From Eledone cirrhosa (lineage: Eukaryota), in contig OZ024743.1 of NCBI GenBank assembly GCA_964016885.1, forward strand, positions 317,440,001 through 317,504,000: 64,000 nt of DNA, read 5' to 3'. This document shows positions 24,170 through 39,176 of the stretch, piece after piece (positions within the stretch are counted from its first letter, which is position 1; every line of letters starts with the position of its first letter). Below the pieces are notes generated by a model. That model saw only the letters and a program-made list of their open reading frames with translations. It was not told where the DNA came from and searched no databases. The position numbers and the translations under genes were made by a program.

Positions 24170-27100
24170 ACACACAACATAATCCCCCACTCATTCTAAA
24201 CACTTCTATTTACAGACAACAATATCTCCCACACAATCTAAACACATTTATCTTCATACAACACTATCTCCCACTCAATATAAACACCTTTATCTTCATA
24301 CAACACTATCTCCCACTCAATAGAAACACATTTATCTTCATACAACACTATCTCCCACTCAATCTAAACACATTTATCTTCATACAACACTATCTCCCAC
24401 TCAATATAAACACATTTATCTTCATACAACACTATCTCCCACTCAATCTAAACACATTTATCTTCATACAACACTATCTCCCACTCAATCTAAACACATC
24501 TATCTAATACAACACCACTATCCCCCACTCAATCTAAACACATCTATCTACATACAACAACACTATCCCCCACTAAATCTAAACACTTCTATCTACATAC
24601 AACAACACTATCCCCCACTCAATCTAAACACATCTATCTACATACAACAACACTATCTCCCACTCAATCTAAACACATCTATCTACATACAACAACACTA
24701 TCCCCCACTCAATCTAAACACATCTATCTACATACAACAACACTATCCCCCACTCAATCTAAACACATCTATCTACATACAACACTATCTCCCACTCAAT
24801 CTAAACATCTATTTACATACAACAACATATCTCCCACTCAATCTAAACATCTATCTACATACAACACTATCCCCAACTCAATATAAACACATCTATCTAC
24901 ATACAACACTATCCCCCACTCAATCTAAACACATCTATCTACATACAACAACACTATCCCCCACTCAATCTAAACACATCTATCTACATACAACACTATC
25001 CCCCACTCAATCTAAACACATCTATCTACATACAACAACACTATCTCGCACTCAGTCTAAACACATCTACATACAACACTATCTCCCAGTCAATCTAAAC
25101 ACATATCTACATACAACACTATCCCCCACTCAATCTAAACACATATCTACATACAACACTATCCCCCACTCAATCTAAACACATCTATCTACATACAACA
25201 ATACTATCTCCCACTCAATCTAAACACATTTATCTACATACAACAACACTATCTCCCACTCAATCTAAACACATCTATCTACATACAACAACACTATCCC
25301 CATGCAATCTAAAGACATCTAACTACATACAACAACACTATCTCCCACTCAATCTAAACATCTATCTACATACAACACTACCTCCCACTCAATCTAAACA
25401 CATCTATCTATATACAACACTACCTCCCACTCAATCTAAACACTTCTATCTACATACAACAACACTATCCCCCACTCAATCTAAACACATCTATCTACAT
25501 ACAACAACACTATCCCCCACTCAATCTAAACACATCTATCTGCATACAACACTATCTCCCACTCAATCTAAACATCTATCTACATACAACAACACTATCT
25601 ACCACTCAATCTAAACACATCTATCTACATACAACACTATCCCCCACTCAATCTAAACATCTATCTACATACGGCACTATCTACCACTCAATCTAAACAC
25701 ATCTATCTACATACAACACTATCCCCCACTCAATCTAAACACATCTATCTACATACAACACTACCTCCCACTCAATCTAAACACATCTATCTACATACAA
25801 CAACACTATCCCCCACTCAATCTAAATACATCTATCTATATACAACAACACTATCTCCCACTCAATCTAAACACATCTATCTACATACAACACTACCTCC
25901 CACTCAATCTAAACACATCTATCTATATACAACAACACTATCTACCACTCAATCTAAACACATCTATCTACATACAACACTATCCCCCACTCAATATAAA
26001 CACATCTATCTACATACAACAACACTATCCCCCACTCAATCTAAACATCTATCTACATACAACAACACTATCCCCCACTCAATCTAAACACATCTATCTA
26101 CATACAACAACACTATCTCCCACTCAATCTAAACACATCGATCTACATACAACAACACTATCCCCCACTCAATCTAAACACATCTATCTACATACAAAAC
26201 CATCCCCCACTCAATCTAAACACATCTATCTACATACAACAACACTATCTCCCACTCAATGTAAACACATCTATCTACATACAACAACACTATACCCCAC
26301 TCAATCTAAACAGATCTATCTACATACAACACTATCCCCCACTCAATCTAAACACATCTATCTACATACAACAACACTATCCCCCACTCAATATAAACAC
26401 ATCTATCTACATACAACAACACTATCCCCCACTCAATCTAAACATCTATTTACATACAACACCACTATCTCCCACTCAATCTAAACACATCTATCTACAT
26501 AAACACTATCTCCCACTCAATCTAAACACATCTATCTACATACAAGAATACTATCCCCCACTCAATCTAAACACATCTATCTACATACAACACTATCTCC
26601 CACTCAATCTAAATACATCTATCTACATACAACAACACTATCTCCCACTCAATCTAAACACATCTATCTACATACAACAACACTATCCCCCACTCAATCT
26701 AAACACATCTATCTACATACAACAACACTATCCCCCACTCAATCTAAACACATCTATCTACATACAACACTATCTCCCACTCAATCTAAACATCTATCTA
26801 CATACAAGAATACTATCCCCCACTCAATATAAACACATCTATCTACATACAACACTATCTCCCACTCAATCTAAATACATCTATCTACATACAACAACAC
26901 TATCTCCCACTCAATCTAAACACATCTATCTACATACAACAACACTATCCCCCACTCAATCTAAACACATCTATCTACATACAACAACACTATCTCCCAC
27001 TCAATCTAAACACATCGATCTACATACAACAACACTATCCCCCACTCAATCTAAACACATCTATCTACATACAACAACACTATCTCCCACTCAATCTAAA

Positions 27101-28155
27101 CATATCTACATACAACACTATCTCCCACTCAATCTAAACCTATCTATCTACATACAACAACACTATCTCCCACTCAATGTAAACACATCTATCTACATAC
27201 AACAACACTATACCCCACTCAATCTAAACACATCTATCTACATACAACAACACTATCCCCCACTCAATCTAAACACATCTATCTACATACAATACAATCC
27301 CCCACTCAATCTAAACACATCTATCTACATACAACACTATCTCCCACTCAAAATAAACACATCTATCTACATACAACAACACTATCCCCCACTCAATCTA
27401 AACACATCTATCTACATACAACAACACTATCCCCCACTCAATCTAAACACATCTATCTACATACAACAACACTATCTCCCACTCAATCTAAACACATATC
27501 TACATACAACACTATCTCCCACTCAATCTAAACACATCTATCTACATACAACAACACTATCCCCCACTCAATCTAAACACATCTATCTACATACAACAAC
27601 ACTATCCCCCACTCAATCTAAACACATCTATCTACATACAACAACACTATCTCCCACTCAATCGAAACACATATCTACATACAACACTATCTCCCACTCA
27701 ATCTAAACACATCTATCTACATACAACACTATCCCCCACTCAATCTAAACACATCTATCTACATACAACAACACTATCCCCCACTCAATATAAACACATC
27801 TATCTACATACAACACTATCTCCCACTCAATCTAAACACATATCTACATACAACACTATCTCCCACTCAATCTAAACACATCTATCTACATACAACACTA
27901 TCTCCCTCTCAATCTAAACACATATCTACATACAACACTATCTCCCACTCAATCTAAACACATCTATCTACATACAACACTATCCCCCACTCAATCTAAA
28001 CATCTATCTACATACAACAATACTATCCCCCACTCAATCTAAACACATCTATCTACATACAACAACACTATCTCCCACTCAATCTAAACACATCTATCTA
28101 CATACAACAACACTATCTCCCACTCAATCTAAACACATCTATCTACATACAACAC
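24170..28155. repeat. ~4-kb minisatellite, 38-45 bp unit, ~90 copies
   Basis: Unit cactcaatctaaacacatctatctacatacaacaacactatcccc. G is almost absent from the + strand. Confidence 0.97.
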
Positions 28156-28289
28156 AATAACAACTCTGTATTTTCCAATCAATTTACAACACTATATCTT
28201 CTAGTCAGTCTTGACAAACAATAAAAGACACAGAAATATATTAGAAGAATCAATAACTTTATTAGCTGTCTCCCCGCACCACCACATAC

Positions 28290-28700
28290 CACCACCACAT
28301 CCCAAACACTTTGCTGCTATGATACACACTACGACCACCACATCCCAAACACTTTGCTGCTATGATACACACCACCACCACATCCCAAACACTTTGTTGC
28401 TATGATACACACCACCACCACATCCCAAACACTTTGTTGCTATGATACACACCACCACCACATCCCAAACACTTTGCTGCTATGATACACACCACCACCA
28501 CATCTCAAACACTTTGTTGCTATGATACACACATACACCACCACCACCACATCCTAAACTCTTTGCTGCTATGATACATGCCACCACCACCACATCCCAA
28601 ACACTCTGCTGTGATACACACCACATCCCAAACTTTCTGCTATGATACACATCATCACCACCACCACATCCCAAACACTCTGCTGTGTTACACACCACAA
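28290..28700. repeat. Minisatellite, ~39-bp unit, ~10 copies
   Basis: Unit accaccacatcccaaacactttgctgctatgatacacacc. Confidence 0.9.
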
Positions 28701-31479
28701 ATAATTAAATACAAAAGAGCAACCAACCAGCCAGTTACTGTGCTCTGAGTCTACCTTGTCTACCTCCACTGTCACCACAGAAGTTACTATGAGACAGATT
28801 CTACATACTCACCCAACCTGCTAGAAATGACAGCCAAATCTCTCTCAAATCTCACTCCACCATATTAACCCTTCCATCAGAGAGAGGTCCTGTAACTCCT
28901 GAGGGAGTCATTTCTAGAGAGGGCTGGTTTATATTTGAGGACAATATTTTTTTGATTTTCACCAACTTCAAAATTCTATGTAAATGAGATGCTAAAATAG
29001 TTTTGCTTTGGAAATGAAATTTGTATTTCCTAATGTTTTTGATATGTCTCCAAAATAGTCTAACCCTAACTGTACTATTTAAACAATGCGTTGATTACCT
29101 GCCTCAGCTTATAATATTATCTACCATTCACAAATCCTGGCAGAAAAAACAACCTGAAATAAAGTCTCTTGCTCAAGGATATAACACATTGCCCAGTTCG
29201 TGAGTCAAACTTACAAACTCACTAAGCTACGTAGTGGATTGGGGGAATTGTTACAGAGTCTAACAGGATTCTTTGTGGTATCTGATCAAATACTGCTTCC
29301 TTCTGCCAGTTGTTACAATCAGCAGATAGTAACAGCAATGGAAAGTTTTCATGGTCTGAACATTTCCATTCAGATCTACTTTTTTAAATTCATATCGAAA
29401 TCCAAAGACCCAGTTTTCAGTAGGTCAATTGTACAAAAATATAATCATTTTAACATTACAATAAGGAGTATTTATGAAAAATTTCATCAACTCCTAATCT
29501 GTTTGCTCTTTCAACGTTTTAAAGCCTTGAACTTGGAGGCTCATTAGACCAGTGCTTATCACAGTTTCCGTGGTATGAACCAATAGAGTACAAGACTCCC
29601 TCCTTAGACAAGAAGCCAGTCCATCACAGGATTAAACCCCCAGTTACTGCTGGTACTAGTTCTCACCTGAGTATATTGGAACAACATGAAATGAACTGTT
29701 TTGCTCAAGTTGCTCAAGAACACAACACACAACCCAGTTGAGGAATCAAACCCACCACATTATGATTGTAAATCCAACACACTTACCACTAAGTCACATG
29801 CCTTTATATAAAAACTCATATCAACATTATATCAAATATTTTTCATTTTTTTAAGTTTGTCTCATGTCTGCTTTCACTTTTATATCAAATATCAGCTAGT
29901 TTTATTCCACAACAAATAATTTTCATCCCTTTTGATACCAACCTGGCCAAAACTGGCTCTGGTTCTAGGAAACAAAACCACTCATTTTAAAAGGTTCCTA
30001 TTTAAATCAAAATCTTCCAACATGATTTTATATTAAGAACCATACATTAAGTTACTATCTTAGTATTGAATATAAGCACATACCCCCAACCACCTACTTT
30101 ATGTCTGAGAAATGGACAAAAATCCAAACTCCATTTATAACCCAGGGCACCTAATCAACACATTGTTTAGATGGCATATATAAGTCAATCCCCTCATTTT
30201 ACCATTGATTTTTTTGTCACATATATTTGAGTATATACAGTAATTAAATAATTAATACTTTTAATAAACCCCTAAAAATCCTTCATTAATGAAATGAAAT
30301 AAAACGTATTTTATTAGAAATACAATCACAAAAAGGTTAATTGCTGTACAACTAGGTAGACTGAGATAACACTTTAGCATTTAAACTAGCCATATCTGGC
30401 CAGAATTCTCTCACCTCTTTCTGTTCAAACTGGCCGTAACCGGCCACTCATAGTGATGTTAAGGTATTTCTCTCAAAATAAATAACATCAAAGTTTCATA
30501 GATTCAGTGTTATGTGTGATAATTATGTGAAGTAAAGCTTTTACTGTAAAAATATAATAGTAAATATAGAGTAATGTAAATGCTAAAAGGTTAAGTCAGT
30601 AAAGGTTCAGCAACTTCTTCCTTCGTCACTAAACTATTATCTTGTTTGCTTAGTCAGACAGAAGCAGATAAACAGTTAAAAAAGACCTTGGTACATATAA
30701 CATTAAAAGTCAGTTAAAATGTATACACACCCAGTCTCAAATATATACACATATTCTAGTCACATAAGCATGTATTAAAAACAATTGACAATGGTGTTTA
30801 TTATGCAGTGTCATTTCATATGCGATAACAACCAGAATGAAGTAGATTGATACAATAGGAATACATAAGCATATAACGGGGATTGCAAAACTGATTTAGG
30901 GTAGGTGGGTTGGAATGTCTAATCAAAATGAACCACCTGTGAATACATCATCACCATTTTAGCATCTATTTTCCATGCTAACATGTGTTAGATGAGTTGT
31001 CCTATTGTGAGACAAATCAGATCAGGTGACTATGTCTTGCTCATGCAGAACTGTTTCTGGGTAGATTTCTATGGCTAGATGCCATTCCTAACACAAACCA
31101 CATTTACAGTGTGACATGGGAGCTTTTTATAGTGGCACCAAAACGACCAATTGACAGGCTGGACAAGGTACTTTTTGATTGTCACCATCACGACCACCTG
31201 ACAGGGTGGACTGGGTTCTTTTTGTCTGTCACCAACATAAACACTCTACAGGGAGGACTGGGTCTGCCACCTGGGTGGTTGCCTAGTAGGCCTTAATGGT
31301 AACACCAGCACTGAGACCCACACCCTAGGTGGCTACCTAGTTGGCCTTACTGGTACTGCCAGCCCTACATACATACATGCTAAGTGTGACTACACCAACA
31401 CCAAAAAAATGCACTGGTCCTAACAATATACTTCCTATTATCCTCAAACAATGTACCCCAGTTTATGGGCTTCACACTA

Positions 31480-33262
31480 CTCTAATTTATTGGTAAATAT
31501 GGTAATGAAATGGTTAAGTATTCATATTGATGGCTTCCCCACAGCCCCGGCGAACAGAATGGAGAAGCTGTTTCCTGGCGGACAGTAAGGGAGATGTGCT
31601 GGAAGAGCCATTCCAACTCGCGAGGCTCACACCTGTGGCTGGCCAGCTCAGCGCATGTGGTGGTGAGTAGGGAGGTAGCCCTAGGGCTGAGGACACTAGA
31701 AGTCTCCACTGCCAAGGGTATGACCGCAAACCTGTCGGAGAGCGACCAGTATTTGGAGAGTTTGGTCTCCTCAGCCAGACGTGCAGCAGAACCTGGGTTA
31801 GTCACAGACTGCACCAGGTTGCGGCTAGAGAAAGTGTCACTGCAAGTGGCATCCCAGACGAGGGGTTTTCCACCGCGGAACGAGAAGATGGTCATGCCGT
31901 CTGACCTTTTGCCGTCCCCTCGGTCCAGCCCCACCGGCTTGAGCTGGGAAGGGAAGCCTGCAGCATCCAAGCCATGCTTTATGATCTTGTTGAGGGCAGC
32001 ATGGCATGGAAGGCGGCCGGCACTGCGGTGACAGGAAAGCGGGTGGAGGCCGAAAGAGTCCACGGTGGATCCACAGCGAAACTGGTGTGGCTCGCAGATC
32101 CAGAGGCCAAGCCTCAAGGAAACGCTGATGCGCAGGCTATCATTATCCAGCTGCATACCAGTGGAGAAGGAGGGCAAAGCATGGAGCCAGGCACCACTGT
32201 GGAGTTTCGAGGTCGCATGAAAACAGGCAAGGCGGTGCTGATCAAGCTGGCACGTGAGCCAGGCTGCACTGGATGGCATCCCAAATTCTTTGGAGGGACT
32301 TGATGTCAGCAGGGGGAGAAGGAGGAGGGACATCTACTGGGCTAAGTCCCAGCCGGTCCCACGTTTCACAGGAGGCCTCACATTCCCTGATCACAGAGGG
32401 TTCCACTGTGTTTTGGAGAACTCTGCTGAGGTTACCGACGAAAGAAACGCCGGCAAGGCCAGGGACATCGGGGACCAGAGGCCAAGGCCGCCATATCTGA
32501 CAGGTAAAGTGGCCTGTTGCCACCCAATATCGTCAAACTTGCCGTTGCATATCTCCCTGGCTGGCACTCGGATACAAGTATCGAGGTCAGCGAGGAGAGA
32601 TGCTTGGGTGTAGCACGGAGCGCTGCAAAGGGTATAGAGGAGCTTCGGCAGGGCGAAGCAGTTCCTCAACAGAAAGAGAGCTGGGTGGCCGTCAATCAAG
32701 CCCAGTTGGCTTGTGAGGGTCTAGAGTTATTGGAGCCTGAACCTGATGGTGGAGTGGATGGCCGGTGGGTGGATCGGTGACTCGAGGATGAGGACATCCT
32801 CTTTGGGGGTCACCTGCACCTGGTGGAGAATGGACCATACATCCGAGATGGAGGCTGCAAAGCTCTCGGTATCGTGGCTCACATTCACCACCTCCGACTT
32901 GGACGAGTTGACCTGGAGGCCGATTCCCGCCAGAGCAGGAACCACCGATTGTAGGTCATGGCAGACAGTCTCTATGGGCCTGCCCAACGTAGCATCATCC
33001 AGATACCAAACGTTGAGAGGGGCCGTGATATTCCGGGCAATGTGGTCTATACCAAGGGGGAACAGGAGGGGAGAGTCAAAGGGTCGCCCTGTTGGATCCA
33101 AGTGGCCGAAGGTATGGCCGTATCAGCAGCAAGGAGCATGTTCAGGGCTCCATACGACAGGTAGGCCAGCGGGTAGGCAGAGAGAGCTCGGCTGAGGCAG
33201 GCATCGAGCAGATGGTCCTGGCATATGCAGTTAAAGGCATTCCTCATGTTAAGCTTGACATC
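31480..33262 (-). mobile_element. 5'-truncated, frameshifted CRE-clade-like non-LTR retrotransposon (RT plus restriction-like endonuclease)
   Basis: Successive fragments KLNMRNAFN, IQQGDPL, WYLDD, LPVRYGGLG, SGAWLHALP, C.STVDSFGLHPLSC..GR..H, KRSDG(RPDG)..LVWDAT..DT, PLAVET. Clearly GC-richer than its flanks. Confidence 0.85.
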
Positions 33263-33271
33263 TATTGGTGC

Positions 33272-33720
33272 GAGTTTAGATAAGATCCAAAGAAACAACA
33301 ATACTATTGGTCCTGACTTATGTCAGCTTCAATCACTGTCACACTATCAAAATGTTGCCCGTCTTTGCCTTTTTTATAAATATATTCATGGAAATTGTTC
33401 TGATGAGCTTTCTACTTTGTTGCCTTGTCTTCATGAGTTTAAATGGAACATCAGATTGGCAGCTAGGTCTCATTCATTTATATTTGAAATTCTTAAATCA
33501 TCGCAAATTCTATTCTGAAAGTTTCTTCCTTTGCACATCTCGCCTATGGAATTCTCTTCCGGCTTCTTGCTTTCCTGACCACTTACAATTTGAAAAAAAA
33601 TCAAAAGCAACATCACTTGTCATCTCTCCCCTTGAATTATGTTCTCTCTGTCTTGTCCTTCCTTATTAGTAACCTCTTGCATTTTAGTGGATTTATAGCT
33701 TTACTTGGGCTGAGTAATAT
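33272..33720 (+). mobile_element. CR1/Jockey-superfamily LINE 3' end, degenerate
   Basis: LDKIQR...LQSLSH..NVA.LCLFYKY.HG.CS.EL and SFF..TSRLWNSLP motifs. Confidence 0.72.
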
Positions 33721-34914
33721 ATATATATATATGAATGTATATATAGTGTATTTTTCAATACACTGTATGCTTAATTAAAAGCATTTTGAAGACCTTACGC
33801 TATTGTTTTAGAGTAGTGACAGTCTCACTTACTTTAAATTTTCAGCAAACAGGGGGAGATAAAGCTGACAGAGCTCTGTTTCGTACTATTTGGTACTTAT
33901 CAAAGCTAAGTACACCACCTGTTTGCTGAAAATCATGAATGTTTGATTCTTATAGAATTCTTGTAATAATCAGGAACTGATTATACATATATATATTGTA
34001 ACCCCTATGTTGCACACCTTCACAAAAAATCAAGGGTGAATCACATATCTGACAAAGATAGCATAGAACTGGCAGAATTTTAATCAGTGTGCTGACTTGA
34101 AATACCAGAAGGTGAGAGAGGGCATTGCATTGAATGTGAATGAATGGTAGGTAGAGGCGTAACTAGGGAAAATAGCACCTATGGCAAGCAGTGGATTTGC
34201 ATCCCTGCCCAAACATTTAACTCCTATCTTTCAAATAACCATAAAATCAGCTCAAAAATATTGATCACGTTCGTTAATTTTTTTTTATTGAAAACAATGC
34301 ATAAAAATTACATCTGTATTTTCCTTGGTTTTACTGAGGCAAATTTGTCTATGATGTTGTCAAGTGCCCCCCACCCCGTTCATGTGATGCCGATGACACG
34401 TGCCATACTTGCGTACCTTAGTTAAGCCTCTGATGGTAGATAGGTAGTGACAATAAAATAGTTAAACAACTCAAAAGATACAGAGATGGTTTGGTAAAGG
34501 TTGGTTTTGAAGGTGAGAAAGAAATCAATCATATTTAGAATACCTATGTGTTGGTCAGAGACAGGGCCAGACTTTCACCTACTCAGGCTCTAAGCTTTAT
34601 GAAATCTGATGCCCTTCTCTAAAAACATTCGGGTAAACAAAAATTAATAATTATACATGGTTATTATTTATTAATGATTACAAAATTAAATAATATATAT
34701 ATATAATTTTTTATGATTATGATTAAAGAATAAAAAATTAATGATAAGATGAAAATATATATTTGTTTAAAGTGTCCTCGAGGGTGTGTGGCCCTAGGTT
34801 ATAGCTTATTTAGCTTGTAGGTAAGTCCAGTACTGGTCAGAGAAGCATGTACAGAATGAAACTAATTGATGTAGAGAGTTGAGGAAAAAAAAAGATTCGG
34901 TTTCTGCAACGATG

Positions 34915-35450
34915 GTATCAGTATGGAGAATACGTGTGAGAACCAAAAAGAGTTATAAGCATGATAGCAACGTAGTAACCATGGACGATGACTTTGGAGA
35001 GGGGTGAAGTATAATAGATGTTCCTAATGTAGAAAGAGATATGGTCAAAGTGTTGTCGGTAGTTGGAGATGTTTGAAGAGTAGAAGAGAAAACAACAAAC
35101 GTTTAAGGCCAACTGCTTTGAGCTTCTCTGGACATGTGGAGACAACACCCTACGAAAGAACGTCTCCGTGGTGATTTACCGCCGATATCACACACGTCAT
35201 CAGAGAAAGAAAAATAAAATTCACTGGACATTGTTGGGGAGCTAAGGATTAGATTATCAGTGATGTTTTTCTTTGGGAACCAAAGCATTGGTACGCAAAT
35301 GTTGGCAGACCACATTGAACCTACATAAAGCAACTGAGCAAGAATTCTGAGTGCACTCGAGAAGACTTATCACGAGCAACGGCAGAACGAACAGACAGGA
35401 TAGAACGAGTATGGTGATCCGTGCAATAAACACGCCCGGGGAGGATGATT
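34915..35450 (+). mobile_element. Highly degenerate RTE LINE 3' fragment
   Basis: Frameshifted remnants of LPPIS...GHCW.AK...ISDV..WEPK. Confidence 0.55.
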
Positions 35451-36123
35451 ACCAGTTAAAAAAAGGGACTAGGCTATCAATTTTGTAGGTTTACTTTGCA
35501 CTAATTTTTTTTTTCATTTTCCCTTTAATATAGAAGGCTTTTAGGAATTTACCGTTCTCTGTGTGTAAGTAGGTCTCTTAAAATGTAGGACAGCTTGTCT
35601 GGGAAAGATATAAAGCTGAATAAGAAAATATTTTGACCCCCGAGTCTCCTGCCGGCTGGTTTTGCACGTAAAAAACCGTCCAGCGATTCTTTTCTGAGAC
35701 ATTCTAACAAAATGTCCGTAGTATCAGAGTTGTCACGTTCGGGGATCCAGCTGGATCAATTGGAGACAGTTGCTTCTGACGGAACCTGCTGGAAAGTGTG
35801 TTTGAGGACTGCCACCACGACCCTCCCAGGAATAATTGAGAGACGAAGGCGAAGAAGATGTTTTACTGATGCATGTATGTATAACTCTAAACTTAGTTTG
35901 AATAATAAATAAATCAAAAGGTACATTTCTTTGATAGCATTTCCTGATTTCTTTTCATTTTATTAGGGCACCAGGAAACGATACCCCCTGCCTCCGCAAA
36001 TACATATAGGATTCTTAATAGTCACGTAGCCTATGACATCCTTTAAAATATAGCTCTCAGCAAAATTTCCGCTACACAGGTGCAACACTGAAGCTCACAA
36101 CTTCGAACACACATACTAAAATG

Positions 36124-36155
<32 letters not shown>

Positions 36156-36166
36156 TGTCTTCTACA

Positions 36167-36200
36167 GGACTAGAATTGTTTCATTCGTATGAAATCATCG
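36167..36200 (-). ncRNA. Truncated, degenerate hammerhead remnant between (TA)n runs
   Basis: CGATGA-tTTC atac GAAt-GAAAC AATT cTA-gtcc. The 5' strand of stem I is missing. Confidence 0.35.
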
Positions 36201-36888
36201 TGTGTGTATATATATATACCTCCTTAAACCAATAAAATCCCTTTTTCATTATTAATATAATAAACTGAGTAGTGGAGATGAGAGTGTGAAATGATTTAAG
36301 TACATCTACATACAATGTGTGACGTTACATTGAAGAGATGCTGGCCTACGTGATGTATGGCATATATGCTTAGTCAACACTTTTAGCTACTTGTTTCTTT
36401 CTTGCTAATTCTTTTAACAATATGTGGGTTGAGATGACACACTAGTTCGCTTCATTTTTTCATTATTTTTTTTTGGGGGGGGGGACACACACACCAACAT
36501 TCCTTGTTATAGCGTGTGTATATGTCATTCCTTTTCTTTGATTAATTGCTATTGATTGTAAATCATATTCATTATATAAATTGTGTTAAGGGCGGTGGAT
36601 TGGTAGTATCGGTAGAGGGTCGGACAGCATGCTTTCCATCATAGTTACGTCCCTTTACGATCTGAGTTCAAATCCCGCCGAGGTTGACTTTACCTTTCAT
36701 CCTTACGGGGTCGATAAAATAAAGTACCAGTAATGCACTGGGTAATTGCTGGCCTTGTGCCTAAAGTAGAAACAATTATATAAATTGTGTTTACATTTAT
36801 TCATACTCTAAATAGATCAAAACAAACCATTCAGGACATCTTTACTTTTTCGTTTTTATTTATTTATTACCTGTTCATTCGTTCACTG

Positions 36889-36889
<1 letters not shown>

Positions 36890-36931
<42 letters not shown>

Positions 36932-37078
36932 TGTGTGTGTGTCTGTGTGTGTGTCTGTGTGTGTGTCTGTGTGTGTGTCTGTGTCTGTCTGTCTGTCTGT
37001 CTGTGTGTGTGTGTGTGTGTGTGTGTCTGTCTGTGTGTGTGTGTGTCTGTGTCTGTGTCTGTGTCTGTGTCTGTGTCT

Positions 37079-37115
<37 letters not shown>
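36890..37115. repeat. (GT)n/(GTCT)n compound microsatellite
   Basis: Seen directly in the sequence. Confidence 0.97.
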
Positions 37116-37116
<1 letters not shown>

Positions 37117-37539
37117 AGTATTTCCGAAGAAAAAGCAAAGGAAAAAAGAGTGCTCTATGTATAATACAGAGACAGGGACAGTCTCGGCCGACAAAATGGA
37201 GAACATTTTGCTTTGGAGAACGGCAAGGGAGACGCGCTAGAACAACCACCCCACCTCACGGGGCTCGCACTTGCTAGTAGCCAACTCCGCTCCGATAGCA
37301 GTGAACAGGAGTGTGATCCGAGAAAGCCAAGAAGCTAGAAGTTTCCACTGTCACAGTCTCAACAGAAACAAAACTCCTTTCACTTTTCACTTATGGAAAA
37401 AGCCAACGGGGAAGCTATTACATGGTCGTTTAACTTGCAAGAAGTAGCAACGAAAATCGGTAGAGAATAGTATTAACACTCTGTGGCAGCATTTCGTTAC
37501 GACCCATTACGTACTGATTTTCAAATATCGCCGGGGGTC

Positions 37540-37687
37540 CTGTGCCGGATTTACCATTGTGCTTAAGCAGAGGGCACCGCTGGCCATCTTCCTGCCAAAA
37601 AAAACTTTTTACGATGAGTTTCTTAAATGTTTGGGGCCTAATAACTTAACTAGCACGGGGCCTCATTTGTCCTAAATCCGGCACTAC
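37540..37687. mobile_element. Short TIR element (hAT-like MITE); related pieces at 43800-43940, 34563-34835 and 39940-40140
   Basis: Termini gtgccggattta / taaatccggcac. Confidence 0.5.
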
Positions 37688-38855
37688 CGGGGTCGATAAA
37701 ATATGTAAGTTATGTAAGTTATGTACTGAAGATGATATAATCGGCTGTTCCCCATTCCCCCAAATTGCTGGCTTGTGCTTATGTTAGAGAGAATTATTGT
37801 TACAGTAGAATCGGTAGAGTTTTGCGGTATGTGTTTCGCGTCGATGAAAAAGTACCAAGTACTGAGATCAATGCAGTCGACTTCCCTTACACCGAAATTG
37901 CCGATATTGTGTCTAAATTAGAAACAATTATAAGCTTGCCGTAAATGTTTACTTATTAGTTATTTAATACTTACTAGATTATTATTTTATCACTATACTA
38001 AGGTATCGAGATCATCAAGAAGGGCAAACATAGATGATCTAGCCACGTCTCTCATCTCAGACACAACAGGTGGATTATTAGAGCGTCAGAGTGAACACCA
38101 AGGCAGTGGAGAAGAACTAGAGAGCGGGCAAAAGCAAGATGGCACAACGATCTAACCCGATACCTCGGCTCTATATGGGCAGAAATAGGAAGCGGGCGAA
38201 GTCAACCAGGGAGGGGTACCTCCAACAGGAGTAAAAAGGATACTTAGGCAGTAATGCTGCCAATAAAAATACGCACCAGTTGAGTTTCACTTTGGTTTTA
38301 TTATTAGCCCAATAACAAAGTACCAGAGACGCACTGGGGTCAATTTAATCGAATTACTCCTCCCCCAAAATTGTTGGGCTTGTGCTTGAGTCAGAAACCA
38401 TTATTAGTCCGATAATTACCAATCCATCAGTTGGTTTGGTAACCAAATAGTCATTTAATTGTCAACGCTTATTCGTGACCTCCTCAGTTACTATTTTTGG
38501 CCTTCTGTGTCTCCTTCCTCTTCGTTTTGATTTTGTTCTAATTACTCCATCTTACCTTTCTGGCCGAGAAACAATTAAATTCAAAACAAAAAGAAGACAG
38601 GCCCAAAATAGCTATTGAGAAGGTCAAAAGATACACTAGGTTAATAAACTAACTGATGAATGGATTAGTTACGTGAGTAATAATAAAACATCCATTGGTG
38701 CTTGTGTTTTTTTATTGGTAGCATGACCCTACCAATGTACAACCTTATTTGTTTCAACACACGATATCACATCACGATCTTGCAAAACATACAAAAACGA
38801 AGTATTTTATTACTGTTATATTACTACTGCTTTCTTTTCATAAATAAGGAATAGA

Positions 38856-39176
38856 TAAATTTATAGAAAAGCACCCGCTGGAGTTCGCTAGGAAATTTAT
38901 TTTAAAAGTTTTTTTCGTGTGTTTTCAACTAATATGACTTCCGACATGCTCGTATTCGACTTTCTTTTTTCCGAAAACAGATTTTTTTAGGGTAGGGTTG
39001 GGGCTCGTGTTTTCTTCGGTGGGGATATTTTCTTTTCGCCCCACCCTCCACATCCCAATTCCGTTTGAAATAAAGTCGATTGCGAACATGTCAGAGGTCA
39101 TATTAGTTGAAAACATTTTAAAAAATAATAATAAAATTCTTAATGAGTCCCAGCGGGTGCTTTTCTATAAATTTAC
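38856..39176. mobile_element. MITE with 26-bp or longer terminal inverted repeats
   Basis: taaatttatagaaaagcacccgctgg / ccagcgggtgcttttctataaattta. Confidence 0.75.

Noticed and set aside
24170-28700. CRISPR-like periodicity
   Set aside because: Units are contiguous with no unique spacers, the context is eukaryotic and there are no cas genes.
36787-37277. CV- and TH-repeat ORFs
   Set aside because: They are translations of a (GT)n microsatellite.
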